Part shown: in pieces, positions 45,001-53,484 of the stretch
Layout: every line of letters starts with the position of its first letter
How positions within the stretch are numbered: position 1 is the stretch's first letter
Assembly (NCBI GenBank): GCA_023248155.1
Contig: JAHFFE010000001.1
Coordinates: forward strand, 314,603-378,602
Origin: Candidatus Omnitrophota bacterium
Lineage (GTDB): Bacteria; Omnitrophota; Gorgyraeia; 1-14-0-20-64-10
Length of the DNA stretch: 64,000 nt
Direction: 5' to 3'
Translations under genes and position numbers: made by a program
The notes under the pieces: model-generated
What the model saw: the letters and a program-made list of their open reading frames with translations, nothing else
Databases searched by the model: none
What the model was told of the DNA's origin: nothing

Positions 45001-45177
45001 CTCGATCCGCAGATTCCGGTTTTAATCATGGGAGAAATGGCCGCGCAAAACTGGAATAAAGATTCGCTCGCTTACCTGGTGACGCTGGCTGCTCATTCCC
45101 GCGGAATTTTGTTTATCCGCCAGATTACTTATCCGACGGTAAACGAACGGGAGTTTGTCGCTATCCGGTTCGTCTAA
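42061..45177 (+). CDS. GxEE-family modular exported protein 5 (4 motifs) with a probable beta-propeller module
   Basis: PVYA-LRGAGAEE. Beta-rich blade-like segments at 42250-43290. C-terminal LYIQDDL..VVILNS..WLP..FVAIRFV. Confidence 0.85.
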   Translation: MKKTDWFKISGFLGLALLLAVPAPVYALRGAGAEESLEKTDLTRALSRAGNRGYLKRAAGLEETPWTIIGRGEGTPVAMALDDSGDALVLSRIAAGELRLQRISPAGKAEPITPVPSLAVPMPPGSGGDPANPSAASVFAILPFRDQVLVTDGGQQFYPIEISSLGQTVPDLQSAAKPVPLANVSRIDQMIVRPSDGMLIIVDKQGDDAASKSNSIVRLFDVKQMPPVVREAVGVGEPVVTAPAVARNRLYLAQSFPLSPAAAVPAGTGTQTQREIRIRGFNISNGGDGSVETLRIQGPKTFVRSDVAGLAAGLVDGKPFLFSLESRQRKGPGVEAAQPLRLAVYSLENQAQVGFFDLPANVRQITYDSKNSQVLLAAGGAPESNSYQITAAPVAQLIPAVQQRPVSGSGLEEAPQPPPAQRTQGIHSRLARIFIEGVLARYTPSGNENSDFTVKYFGETEDESLLFNPELFLGVVRKSQVSHHVWVNVNPATKIIEVHPVQIREELKKPVILLDSQNTVNFILNAALPEPVLGVAYREAGHLQVLSGALLGNASLLPRILQMVNISQTILFLKEPFEIPANSDAEQSAQKGFLLRLAYVPSQRSLRAVAWRTIDQFVQEFSGFAKAGQASVLYYHTPAGVYLLEGPENLQNADFLRAAAEQVASGSYVLASKEGADGKEFHLYAPEFAGLEETAVAENALPSISSRPVISSPSGFSTTVAGPVFPAYSAVISAAGNGPSASANSVSSLAVSVSSPLNAPAVIEPVTGERAPEPVVFSTVEEVIAYLNALPDDQPVIVGGVEIPSLRDTLFPVKLDELARNNPGQNFLIRPAGPGAVLRVDLQAPVRTLSATELFGDTTAVSVRFDLAEASDAMIAAQIAQANKLGQPVQISRSGEFAAVFEKTPTLSPSVLYIQDDLDLPQDMSESDGTVDVRRIPADPELAQEFWELQQTLLPGSVVILNSNLLANQRLDPRQWLPANLDPQIPVLIMGEMAAQNWNKDSLAYLVTLAAHSRGILFIRQITYPTVNEREFVAIRFV

Positions 45178-45274
45178 TCATCCTCGCAGTGGTTAATCAA
45201 AATATAGTCTTTGATATTCTGTATTGATTTTTAATAAGCTCATTGGGTATAGTTCGTATATAGACACAAAAACA

Positions 45275-47677
45275 ATGAAAATCCAGGTTCGTAAGATAAT
45301 TCTTTCAGTGATGGCGATGGCGCTTTTAGTCTCTCAGGCGTCACCGGCCATGGCGTTGCGTGCCGCGCAGCCTGCCAATGCAAATGAGAAAGCCGCGCTG
45401 GGTACTGCGTTAACCGAAGGGGCCGGCGCCGAAGAAAAAATGAACGCTGTGGTTTGGATCGGCCCGGACGGTATTAGCACCGGTTTGTTCAGCCGTAGAG
45501 ACGGCATTTTTGGCGATGATAGAAATCAGCCGGCATCGATGGGTTTGGAAGAGATCCCGGTACTGATTCCGGGGGTCGGTTTAACCCCCGCACAGCGGTT
45601 TTGGCAGGCCGCTCGGTCGCAGGTGATAAACGCGGTTGATTATTTTGGGTTGAGACCAAGTCAGGTCGATCGGGTGATTATCGCGCGGCCCGAAGCGCTG
45701 CCCGCCGGGTTTGAGGAAATGGGAGATCTGCAGTTGGGAATGGAGTTGGAATTGAGATTTTATTTCGGACGCCCGATTTCGGTTCAGATTATGGGCCAGC
45801 CGCCCACAGTTTCAGCGTCGGCCCCTGTCATACAGCGGTTCGCCGCGGTTGTGGCGTTGGCCGGCCAGGAAGAAAAACCCGCCTACCGGATTCCAAAAGA
45901 CAGACAGGGCAGCGGCCCGGTGGCCATTGTGGCGAAAGTGGGCGGCACAAAATTTCATGCGACGTTGGCCGATGCCAAAGGGTTATGGGAAGAAACCGAT
46001 GTTGTTGCCGCGGCTGTTCCTTTTGACGGAGCTAATCAAGACCAGATTTTTAATCATTGGGCAGACCAAATTGTTCAGACAGCCCGCCGCGCGAATGTTT
46101 CTGCAGACCGAGTTATTCAAATCCATATATCGTGGCCCGGTTATTTTGATGAAGAAGGAAATTTGACCCAGCCTCAGGAAAATATTCGCGGTATTCCGGC
46201 CGGTGTAAATATGGCGAAGCAACTTCAGGCACGCGTCAACCAACTTTTGTCGAGGCATCCCAGTCTCGGTGAAATTCAGGTGATCGGCGTGCACGACGGC
46301 ACCGGCCATGCCCTGGGTGAGCTCAGTCCGTTCGGGGCTTTCCCCGGTGAGAAATCATTGCATTTGGTTGGTCCGGGCACCGGTATTGCCAATCGCACTA
46401 TGGTTCGCAGGAACCCGTTCTTGGGTGGTCCTGAAGTTGATCTTGTAGCGAATGAAGCTCCGAATATGTTGGCCTGGGATATTGACAGGAAAGATTATCA
46501 ATTGGTGATTTTTGATACACGCGGGTATCCTCTGTCGCGGGCAACTTTAGCAAATGGCGATCCGAATCCCTATTATGGGCGGCAGAGTATGGAAGACCGG
46601 ACGGCCGGTCCCGGCATCGCTCGATATGTGGTGGAGTTGTTGCGCGCCAATTTGACTGCGCCTGCCGCAATCGATTTTTTGGATGCTCTGTCAATTGAAT
46701 TGGCGGATAAAATTCGAACGAATACGGAATTAAAGAGAAACGATCTCGATCAGGTCATGCACACTACTGGAATTTTAGCGACAAGAGTGAACCCGAATCT
46801 CATAGCACTGACGGCTGTGGCCGAGCGAGCCTATGAGCTGGGTGTTGGAACGGCGGTAACGATCGTGGAATATCATCGCCACTATGGAGAAGATCAGTAC
46901 CCTTATCCGAAGCATATTGTGCTTGCCGGCGGCGTCAGTACAATTGGTGAATTGTACGCGACCAATTTTAAGGCCGGTTTGCGGGCAAGAATTGAGCGGT
47001 ACCGGACGGAAGCGAATGCTCCTGCTGATATGCCGGATCCGCAAGAATTTGTTAACCGTGTTGGAACCTCCACGATTCTGGATGGCGACCGGGAACTGCT
47101 GGCCGGGTTGCTGACGGCAGACCAGATTGCCGCACATCAGAAGTTGCTGGAGAGCGTTACTCCTGTTGCTTCCTTAAATTGGTTGAGTCAGTTGACCGAG
47201 CACTGGAATGCCGGCACTCCGTCCCAGGCACAGTCCGATCGGCGCGGATTGATTTTGGATGCTTCAAAAAATCCGAAGGTGGCGCGCATTGCGCAAGCGA
47301 TGGCAATTTTAATGCGGCAGGAAAACAATCCATTTGGAGTGGAATTTCGATTAGTGATTTTCGAGGATCAGCGTCAGCCTCTGTTGGATGAGTTGCGACA
47401 GATTAATTCCGAAGCCGCGTCCATTTTGGAAAGCCGGATTATTTCTTATGCCGAAACCAATGATTATGATGAAGCTCGTCTTTTGGCACGGCAGCAATTA
47501 GCCACCCTTTTTGGGTACTCTAATCCCGACGAGATGCCGAATACTGTTTATGGTGTCATCACCGATGTAACGCCACGGATGGCGCAGGAATTAAACGCTT
47601 TCTTCGTGGCCGGCGGTTTGCAATTCCTCACTTCCGACGCAATCACTCGCCTCGAAGCTCTCTTCACCTCCGCATAA
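45275..47677 (+). CDS. GxEE-family modular exported protein 6 with a ROK-family sugar-kinase-like module
   Basis: SPAMA-LR, GAEE/GLEE/GQEE plus a GFEE variant. VGGTK, ISWPG, HDGTGHALGE, GTGIA, VLAGGVS. Ends LFTSA. Confidence 0.85.
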   Translation: MKIQVRKIILSVMAMALLVSQASPAMALRAAQPANANEKAALGTALTEGAGAEEKMNAVVWIGPDGISTGLFSRRDGIFGDDRNQPASMGLEEIPVLIPGVGLTPAQRFWQAARSQVINAVDYFGLRPSQVDRVIIARPEALPAGFEEMGDLQLGMELELRFYFGRPISVQIMGQPPTVSASAPVIQRFAAVVALAGQEEKPAYRIPKDRQGSGPVAIVAKVGGTKFHATLADAKGLWEETDVVAAAVPFDGANQDQIFNHWADQIVQTARRANVSADRVIQIHISWPGYFDEEGNLTQPQENIRGIPAGVNMAKQLQARVNQLLSRHPSLGEIQVIGVHDGTGHALGELSPFGAFPGEKSLHLVGPGTGIANRTMVRRNPFLGGPEVDLVANEAPNMLAWDIDRKDYQLVIFDTRGYPLSRATLANGDPNPYYGRQSMEDRTAGPGIARYVVELLRANLTAPAAIDFLDALSIELADKIRTNTELKRNDLDQVMHTTGILATRVNPNLIALTAVAERAYELGVGTAVTIVEYHRHYGEDQYPYPKHIVLAGGVSTIGELYATNFKAGLRARIERYRTEANAPADMPDPQEFVNRVGTSTILDGDRELLAGLLTADQIAAHQKLLESVTPVASLNWLSQLTEHWNAGTPSQAQSDRRGLILDASKNPKVARIAQAMAILMRQENNPFGVEFRLVIFEDQRQPLLDELRQINSEAASILESRIISYAETNDYDEARLLARQQLATLFGYSNPDEMPNTVYGVITDVTPRMAQELNAFFVAGGLQFLTSDAITRLEALFTSA

Positions 47678-47684
47678 TTTTTTA

Positions 47685-48085
47685 AAGAGCCGGCCCGGGC
47701 ATTCAACTTGGTTCGAGAGCCGCAACCTCTGCGTTCCCGCTTCCGTCAGGCAAGGCGTTCGCAGGCCGTTTGTCAGCCCCTGCGAGTCTGACTGCACTAC
47801 GGTCAACCCTTCGCTCTCTCCGCCATTGGCGGAGAACCATGCCCGCTCAGGGTTTCCAGTGCCTGCTCAGCCTTATCCTGCACGGAATCGCTCACGCAAG
47901 CATTGGTAAGAGGCGGTTCGGGAGATGGGTCAAGTGAACCCTGTTGAGGCCGTTTCAGCAGGGTTTTAGGTAAGGCCGAAACCGGAGCGAGAAATCGGTA
48001 GTCGATTTCGAGCGCGTTCACGGACCCGCTCCCGGACTGACTCGAAAATAATGTCTTGCTTGGTTGAGTGCCCGGGCCGGCTCTT
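47685..48085 (+). ncRNA. Unidentified ~400-nt structured RNA or non-autonomous element
   Basis: 23-bp closing stem (47685-47707 with 48063-48085, one G-U) and several nested helices. No credible ORF. Confidence 0.55.
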
Positions 48086-48106
48086 CCATGATAAACTAGG
48101 GGAACG

Positions 48107-49273
48107 ATGAGTGAGAAAATCAATATTGGTCTAAGTATCGGCGGAACAAAAATCGCCGCCGGCGTTTTAAATGCGTCCGGTTTGGTCGGGACGCCCGACG
48201 ATCAGCCGGAACCGGTGACCTGGCAGCAGCTCGAACAAGCGCACCCGAACCTTCCTCCGTTTGACCGCGCGTTAACCGGCATCGTCGAGGAAATCGACAC
48301 GGCGCTGAAAAAATTCAAAATTAAATCCGATGCGTTATCCGGCGTTGGGATCTCCTGGGCCGGGCCGGGTGATTACGCGGCCGGCAAAATCAAGAACGAT
48401 AAAATTCCCGGGTTCCAGACGATGGTTGATTTAAAAACGCCGCTGCAAAATCTAATTTCCAAAAAATTTGGCAGAGCAGTTCCCATCGAGATTATGCATG
48501 ACGGGGCGGCCGGCGCCGTCGGAGAACACCGTTTGCCCAACGGCGCTTTGCACGGCCAGCCGCACGGAATCGCCGTGATTGTCGGCACTGGTGTCGGCGC
48601 CGGATTTATCGAGAATGGGCACCCCGTCTATGGCGTATGCGGCAAAGCCGAGGCATTCATCGGCGAGATCGGGTTCCATCTGATTCGTTCGTCCGACGGC
48701 AGTTATCGTTATCGCGGCAACGGCGCCAATTGGGATCATCCGGTTCCGTATGATCCGGACCCGGCCAAAGGCGAGGTCCGCCTTGAACAGCGCGTGGCCG
48801 GTCCCTGGGTGGCGGCACGGTTCGTTGAGTTTTTGCGGGCCGCGGGGGAACCGGACCAAAAACGTTTCGGCGTAGAAATTCCATTGGGACCCGATGCGCT
48901 GCCCTCGGTACAGCGGCCGATTGTGACCGATGCCGCGTTGCAGGCGGAACTGCTGGCCTCGATCACGCAGTGGGCGATCGATATGAAACATGCCGGGCAT
49001 GTCGCCGCGCGCACATTTATTCAAGAAGTCGGGCTGGAGCTGGGCCGTGCTCTGGCGGTATTCCGGGCCGAGTATGCCGACCGTCCGTTTGTTAAGGAAG
49101 GGCGGATTGTTTTAATCAGCACGATGGGCGAAAAATTCGGGGAAGGGGTTTTGGATTCGCATGGCCAGGACCTTTTTCTGAAGGCGGTTCGCCGCGGGGC
49201 GGGGTTTGAAAATATCGTCCGTTCCCGGATCGGCGTTGAGCGCGAATTCGCGTTCGCAATGCCTCCCGTTTGA
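48107..49273 (+). CDS. ROK-family protein (atypical)
   Basis: SIGGTK, GISWAGP, HDGAAGAVGE, VGTGVGAG, GEIG. Confidence 0.85.
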   Translation: MSEKINIGLSIGGTKIAAGVLNASGLVGTPDDQPEPVTWQQLEQAHPNLPPFDRALTGIVEEIDTALKKFKIKSDALSGVGISWAGPGDYAAGKIKNDKIPGFQTMVDLKTPLQNLISKKFGRAVPIEIMHDGAAGAVGEHRLPNGALHGQPHGIAVIVGTGVGAGFIENGHPVYGVCGKAEAFIGEIGFHLIRSSDGSYRYRGNGANWDHPVPYDPDPAKGEVRLEQRVAGPWVAARFVEFLRAAGEPDQKRFGVEIPLGPDALPSVQRPIVTDAALQAELLASITQWAIDMKHAGHVAARTFIQEVGLELGRALAVFRAEYADRPFVKEGRIVLISTMGEKFGEGVLDSHGQDLFLKAVRRGAGFENIVRSRIGVEREFAFAMPPV

Positions 49274-49286
49274 CTTCCGGTTCCGG

Positions 49287-49316
49287 TTGACACCTCTTTT
49301 TTTGCGGTGCTACAAT
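49287..49316 (+). promoter_or_regulatory. Sigma70 promoter
   Basis: TTGACA, 18 bp, TG-n-TACAAT. Confidence 0.7.
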
Positions 49317-49385
49317 AAAAGGATAATCCCTCTAGCAGGGCAACTCAATCACTCAAACTCAAACTTTTTTTAGGAGAATACGTTC

Positions 49386-49904
49386 ATGGCGCAAGGAAAA
49401 GCAGGCTGGTTGATCGCGGGGCTGTGCGCGGCGATTGTTTTCACATCGGTCGGGTACGGCATGGGCCGCAAGGCGGCTTTGAAATCGATTCAGGATTCTG
49501 TCGGGCCGACACCGGCCGGTTCTCCGCTGCCGACGATTCAAATTGAACCGGTCCAGCCGCAGGAAGAGCTGGCCGCTATTTCGTCGCCGTCTTCTTCGGT
49601 GCCTGTTTCCACCACGGCGCAAACGTTTTCCGCCGCGATTACCCCGGCAGGACAAGAACCAGCCGCGGCTGCCGGAGCCGGTTCCTCCAAAGATGTTCAG
49701 CTGGCGTTGAAGGCGGCCGGATTTGATCCGGGTTCCACGGACGGGAAAATGGGGCCGCGCACCAAGGCGGCCATTCGTGATTTTCAATTGGCCAACGGCC
49801 TGCAGGCCGACGGCAAGGTAGGTCCGCGGACATGGGCGAAACTGCAAACCTATTTGAAGAGCGGGACCGTTGCATCGGCCCCCGCGCAAAAACTAGGCGA
49901 CTAA
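49386..49904 (+). CDS. Membrane-anchored peptidoglycan-binding domain protein
   Basis: N-terminal TM. VQLALKAAGFDPGSTDGKMGPRTKAAIRDFQ..GLQADGKVGPRTW. Confidence 0.9.
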   Translation: MAQGKAGWLIAGLCAAIVFTSVGYGMGRKAALKSIQDSVGPTPAGSPLPTIQIEPVQPQEELAAISSPSSSVPVSTTAQTFSAAITPAGQEPAAAAGAGSSKDVQLALKAAGFDPGSTDGKMGPRTKAAIRDFQLANGLQADGKVGPRTWAKLQTYLKSGTVASAPAQKLGD

Positions 49905-49935
49905 TTCTACTTATTGTTTGAGAGAGGAGATATTC

Positions 49936-50646
49936 ATGATGCGTGGGATGAAGAGTTTGGTGGTGGCGGTCGCGGCAGCGCTGGCGTTGACCGGCTGCGG
50001 ATTGAATTTTTATGCGGGGCGTCCGACGGATGTTCGCCGGATTCACGAATTGTCCGAGGAGCTCGAACGGCTGCGCCGCCAGAAACAGCAGGAATCCGAC
50101 CAGTTGTCGCAGGCCAAGTCGATGCTGGAACGGCAGCTGCAGGATGAAATCGCCGATAAGCAGGTCAAGCTGGATATGGCTGACCGCGGGTTGGTGATCA
50201 CGTTTGTCGCTGAAGTGCTGTTTGATTCCGGAAAGGCCGAATTGAAATCGACGGCTATTGAAGCGTTGGATAAGGTAGGCTCGGTCATTAAGCAGAAGGT
50301 CGCCGATCGCGACATCGGCATCGAGGGGCATACCGACAACCAGCCGATCCGCGTATCGGGATGGAAGTCCAACTGGGAACTTTCCACGGCGCGCGCGATC
50401 AGCGTGCTGCATTCGCTGGAAAATGCCGGCGTTAAGCCCAACCGGATGGTGGCTTCCGGCTATGGCGAATACCGTCCCGTGGTTTCCAATGATGATGCGT
50501 CCGGCCGTTCGAAGAACCGGCGCGTGGAAATCGTGATTCTGCCCAAGAAGCTGACCAAGCGCCAGCAGGAAATCGTGCGCGAGGCCGCTGCTTCCGGCGA
50601 ACCGGACATGGTTGCGCAGGCAAAGGAATTCGAGTCGTACAAGTAA
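49936..50646 (+). CDS. OmpA/MotB-family lipoprotein
   Basis: Lipobox LTGC, coiled coil, LFDSGKAEL, EGHTDN, NWELSTARA, NRRVEI. Confidence 0.92.
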   Translation: MMRGMKSLVVAVAAALALTGCGLNFYAGRPTDVRRIHELSEELERLRRQKQQESDQLSQAKSMLERQLQDEIADKQVKLDMADRGLVITFVAEVLFDSGKAELKSTAIEALDKVGSVIKQKVADRDIGIEGHTDNQPIRVSGWKSNWELSTARAISVLHSLENAGVKPNRMVASGYGEYRPVVSNDDASGRSKNRRVEIVILPKKLTKRQQEIVREAAASGEPDMVAQAKEFESYK

Positions 50647-50653
50647 TTATTTC

Positions 50654-50726
50654 GGTGCCAGGTTTAAACCCGGCACCCTTCCTTAGCGGGGTCAGACCTC
50701 TTGAATGAGCGGGGTCTGACCCTTGC
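50654..50726. repeat. Two intergenic hairpins, including a GGGGTCAGACC/GGTCTGACCC palindrome
   Basis: ggtgcc...ggcacc and gggtcagacc...ggtctgaccc inverted repeats. Confidence 0.6.
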
Positions 50727-50750
50727 TCTTTATGGGGAAATCTAAAGAGA

Positions 50751-51476
50751 ATGAGCGCGCCGGCCATTGATCTTGCACGGATTCCTCGGCATGTCGCCGT
50801 TATCATGGACGGCAATGGCCGCTGGGCGAAAGCGCGCGGTCTGCCCCGGATTTTAGGGCACCAGGCCGGCGTCAAAACTGTTAGGACCGTCTGCGAGACG
50901 GCGCGTGAGCTGGGCGTCGGCGTACTGACGCTGTACGCGTTCTCCGTTGAGAACTGGAAACGCCCCGAAGAAGAAACCTCGGCGCTGATGGGGCTGCTGA
51001 ATGAATATTTGCGCCGCGAATTATTAACGATGATGAAGAATGAAATTCGTCTTGGCGTGGTGGGGGATCTGGCCGGTCTCCCGGAAGATGTCCAGAAACA
51101 GTTGAACTCGGTTATTGAAGAAACCCGCGGCAACAATAAAATGCTGCTGAACCTGGCGCTCAACTACGGCGGCCGCGCCGAGATCGTGCAGGCGGTACAG
51201 AAAATCGCGCGCGAGGTCAAAGCCGGCCGGCTGAACCCGGAGCAGATCGATGAAGAGACGATCAACCATTCGTTGTATACCGCCGGCCAGCCCGATCCGG
51301 ATTTATTGATCCGTACCAGCGGCGAGATGCGCGTTTCCAATTTTTTACTGTGGCAGATTTCGTACGCGGAAATTTATATCACCCAAAAACTGTGGCCGGA
51401 TTTTACGCGGGATGACCTTATCAAGGCGATCGCCGAATATCAAAAGCGCGACCGCCGGTTTGGAGCCTCGGAATGA
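50751..51476 (+). CDS. uppS: Undecaprenyl diphosphate synthase
   Basis: HVAVIMDGNGRWA, FSVENWKRP, NYGGR, IRTSGEMRVSNFLLWQ. Confidence 0.98.
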   Translation: MSAPAIDLARIPRHVAVIMDGNGRWAKARGLPRILGHQAGVKTVRTVCETARELGVGVLTLYAFSVENWKRPEEETSALMGLLNEYLRRELLTMMKNEIRLGVVGDLAGLPEDVQKQLNSVIEETRGNNKMLLNLALNYGGRAEIVQAVQKIAREVKAGRLNPEQIDEETINHSLYTAGQPDPDLLIRTSGEMRVSNFLLWQISYAEIYITQKLWPDFTRDDLIKAIAEYQKRDRRFGASE

Positions 51477-52312
51477 AAAACGGATCGCAATTAACCAAGC
51501 GGCTGTTGACCGGAACGGCGCTGATTTTGTTTATCGCGTTGGTGCTGTTTCGCGCACCGCTGTGGGTGTTCGTGCTGGTGCCGACGTTATTGATCGGGCT
51601 TGGGTTAAACGAATTTTTTACGCTGGTCGATCGAAAAGGGATCCACATCGAGCGCTGGATCGGTCTGGGCGTTGGATTAATGATCCCGCTTTCCATTTAT
51701 AACGGTTTCGAGCCCACGAAAGGGTGGGACCTCTTTTTTATGGTAATGGCGCTGTTGACGCTGTTTATTATCCAGCTGCGCCGCAGGGACAGTTCACACG
51801 CGATTATCGGTATTTCCACGGCGTTCTTCGGCATCTTTTACATTTCCTGGTGTTTTAGTTATTTGATCAAGCTCCGTTTTCTGGAAGGGGGTCCGATTCC
51901 CGACGGACGCTGGCTGATTGTTCTGCTGCTGGTGGTGACCAAGGGCGGTGATATCGGCGCTTATTTTGTCGGGTCGTGGATCGGGAAACACCCATTGATC
52001 CAGCGCGTCAGTCCGGCCAAAACATGGGAAGGTTTCTTTGGCGGTCTGTTGTTTAGCGTTGCGGCCGCGCTGGCGCTCCACCCGGTTTTTCCGCAGGTTG
52101 CCTGGATCCATTTCTGGGTGCTGGGCTTAATGTTGGGCGTTCTGGGCCAGCTGGGTGATTTGTCGGAATCAATGATCAAGCGCGACTGCCATGTGAAAGA
52201 TTCCGGCGATTTGCTGCCGGGCATGGGCGGCGTTCTTGATGTGATCGACAGCCTTTTGTTTACCGCGCCCATCTGTTATTTTTATGTGCGCAAGTTTCTG
52301 ATCGGAGTGTAA
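51473..52312 (+). CDS. cdsA: Phosphatidate cytidylyltransferase
   Basis: SPAKTWEG, GDLSESMIKR, KDSGDLLPGMGGVLD. Confidence 0.96.
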   Translation: MKNGSQLTKRLLTGTALILFIALVLFRAPLWVFVLVPTLLIGLGLNEFFTLVDRKGIHIERWIGLGVGLMIPLSIYNGFEPTKGWDLFFMVMALLTLFIIQLRRRDSSHAIIGISTAFFGIFYISWCFSYLIKLRFLEGGPIPDGRWLIVLLLVVTKGGDIGAYFVGSWIGKHPLIQRVSPAKTWEGFFGGLLFSVAAALALHPVFPQVAWIHFWVLGLMLGVLGQLGDLSESMIKRDCHVKDSGDLLPGMGGVLDVIDSLLFTAPICYFYVRKFLIGV

Positions 52313-52320
52313 GAATCGCA

Positions 52321-53484
52321 ATGAAGAAAGTCGTGGTGCTGGGATCAACCGGTTCGATCGGCGTGAACACGCTGAATGTCGTGCGTGAGCATCCGTCGGA
52401 ATTTGAGGTCGTCGGGTTGGCGGCCGGCCGCCAGATTGAACCGTTTGCCGCGCAGATCCGCGAGTTCAAACCAAAGCTCGTCGCGATCCAAGATGCTTCG
52501 CTTACCGATGCGCTTCGAAAATTAATCGGTCCTTCCTGCCCGGAAATTTTAACCGGTGAAGAGGGCGTTTCAAAACTGGCTGCCATGGATGGCGCTGATA
52601 TGGTGGTGGTGGCGATTACCGGCGCTGCGGCGCTCAAGCCGACGCTGGCCGCGATCGCGAAAAAACGGATGATCGGTTTGGCCAACAAAGAAAATCTCGT
52701 GATGGCCGGAGAACTGGTAATGAGCTCCGCGAAAGCCAACGGCGTCGAGGTATTGCCGATCGACAGCGAACATTCGGCGATTTTTCAATGCATGAAAGGC
52801 CAGAAGCGTTCCGAAGTCCGCAAATTGCTGCTGACTACGTCGGGCGGTCCGCTGCGCATAATCCCTTTGGAGAAATTCGGACAGCTGACAAAAGCTGAAA
52901 TCATGAATCATCCGCGCTGGAAAATGGGCCCAAAAATTACCGTCGATTCGGCCACCATGATGAATAAGGCGCTGGAAGTGATTGAGGCGCGCTGGCTGTT
53001 TGACCTGCCGGCCGACCAGGTTGAGGTGATTGTTCATCCGGAAGCGATTGTCCATTCGATGGTCGATTTTATCGACGGATCGGTGCTGGCCCAGCTGGGC
53101 ATTACTGATATGCGTTTGCCGATCCAGTACGCGATGACTTATCCGGACCGGCTGGGCTGTTCGCTGCCGCCGCTTGATCTGGTGGCGCTGAAGCAGTTGA
53201 ATTTCGAAGCGCCCCAGCGTGAAAAATTTCCGTGCCTCGGATTTGGCTACGAAGCGGCCCGTGTCGGCGGAACACTGCCCGCTGTTTTGAATGCCGCCAA
53301 TGAAACCTGCGTCGAAAACTTTCTGGCCGACCGCCTGCCGTTTACGCAAATCGCGCCGACAATCCGCCGCGTGATGGACGCGCATGCCTGCGTTGAACAT
53401 CCCGGGTTGGATCAGATTTTGCGGGCCGATGCCTGGGCGCGCGAACAGGTTCGGCAGCAAATGCTTTTGGGTGTCAGCAAATGA
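52321..53484 (+). CDS. dxr: DXP reductoisomerase
   Basis: LGSTGSIG, LANKE, PIDSEH, MGPKITVDSATMMNK. Confidence 0.98.
   Translation: MKKVVVLGSTGSIGVNTLNVVREHPSEFEVVGLAAGRQIEPFAAQIREFKPKLVAIQDASLTDALRKLIGPSCPEILTGEEGVSKLAAMDGADMVVVAITGAAALKPTLAAIAKKRMIGLANKENLVMAGELVMSSAKANGVEVLPIDSEHSAIFQCMKGQKRSEVRKLLLTTSGGPLRIIPLEKFGQLTKAEIMNHPRWKMGPKITVDSATMMNKALEVIEARWLFDLPADQVEVIVHPEAIVHSMVDFIDGSVLAQLGITDMRLPIQYAMTYPDRLGCSLPPLDLVALKQLNFEAPQREKFPCLGFGYEAARVGGTLPAVLNAANETCVENFLADRLPFTQIAPTIRRVMDAHACVEHPGLDQILRADAWAREQVRQQMLLGVSK

Noticed and set aside
22738-47677. GxEE repeats as a CRISPR array, integron attC sites or inteins
   Set aside because: No nucleotide-level repeat, in-frame coding with variable codons, no cas or integrase gene, and no intein C..HN/C junction motifs.
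47925-47970. SRP RNA-like segment (tgaaccctgt..aggccg..agcag)
   Set aside because: Lacks the conserved GNRA-capped helix 8 (CCGGAAGG-AAGCAGC).
47803-48123. 106-aa minus-strand ORF
   Set aside because: No recognisable features, and it overlaps the structured inverted-repeat element.
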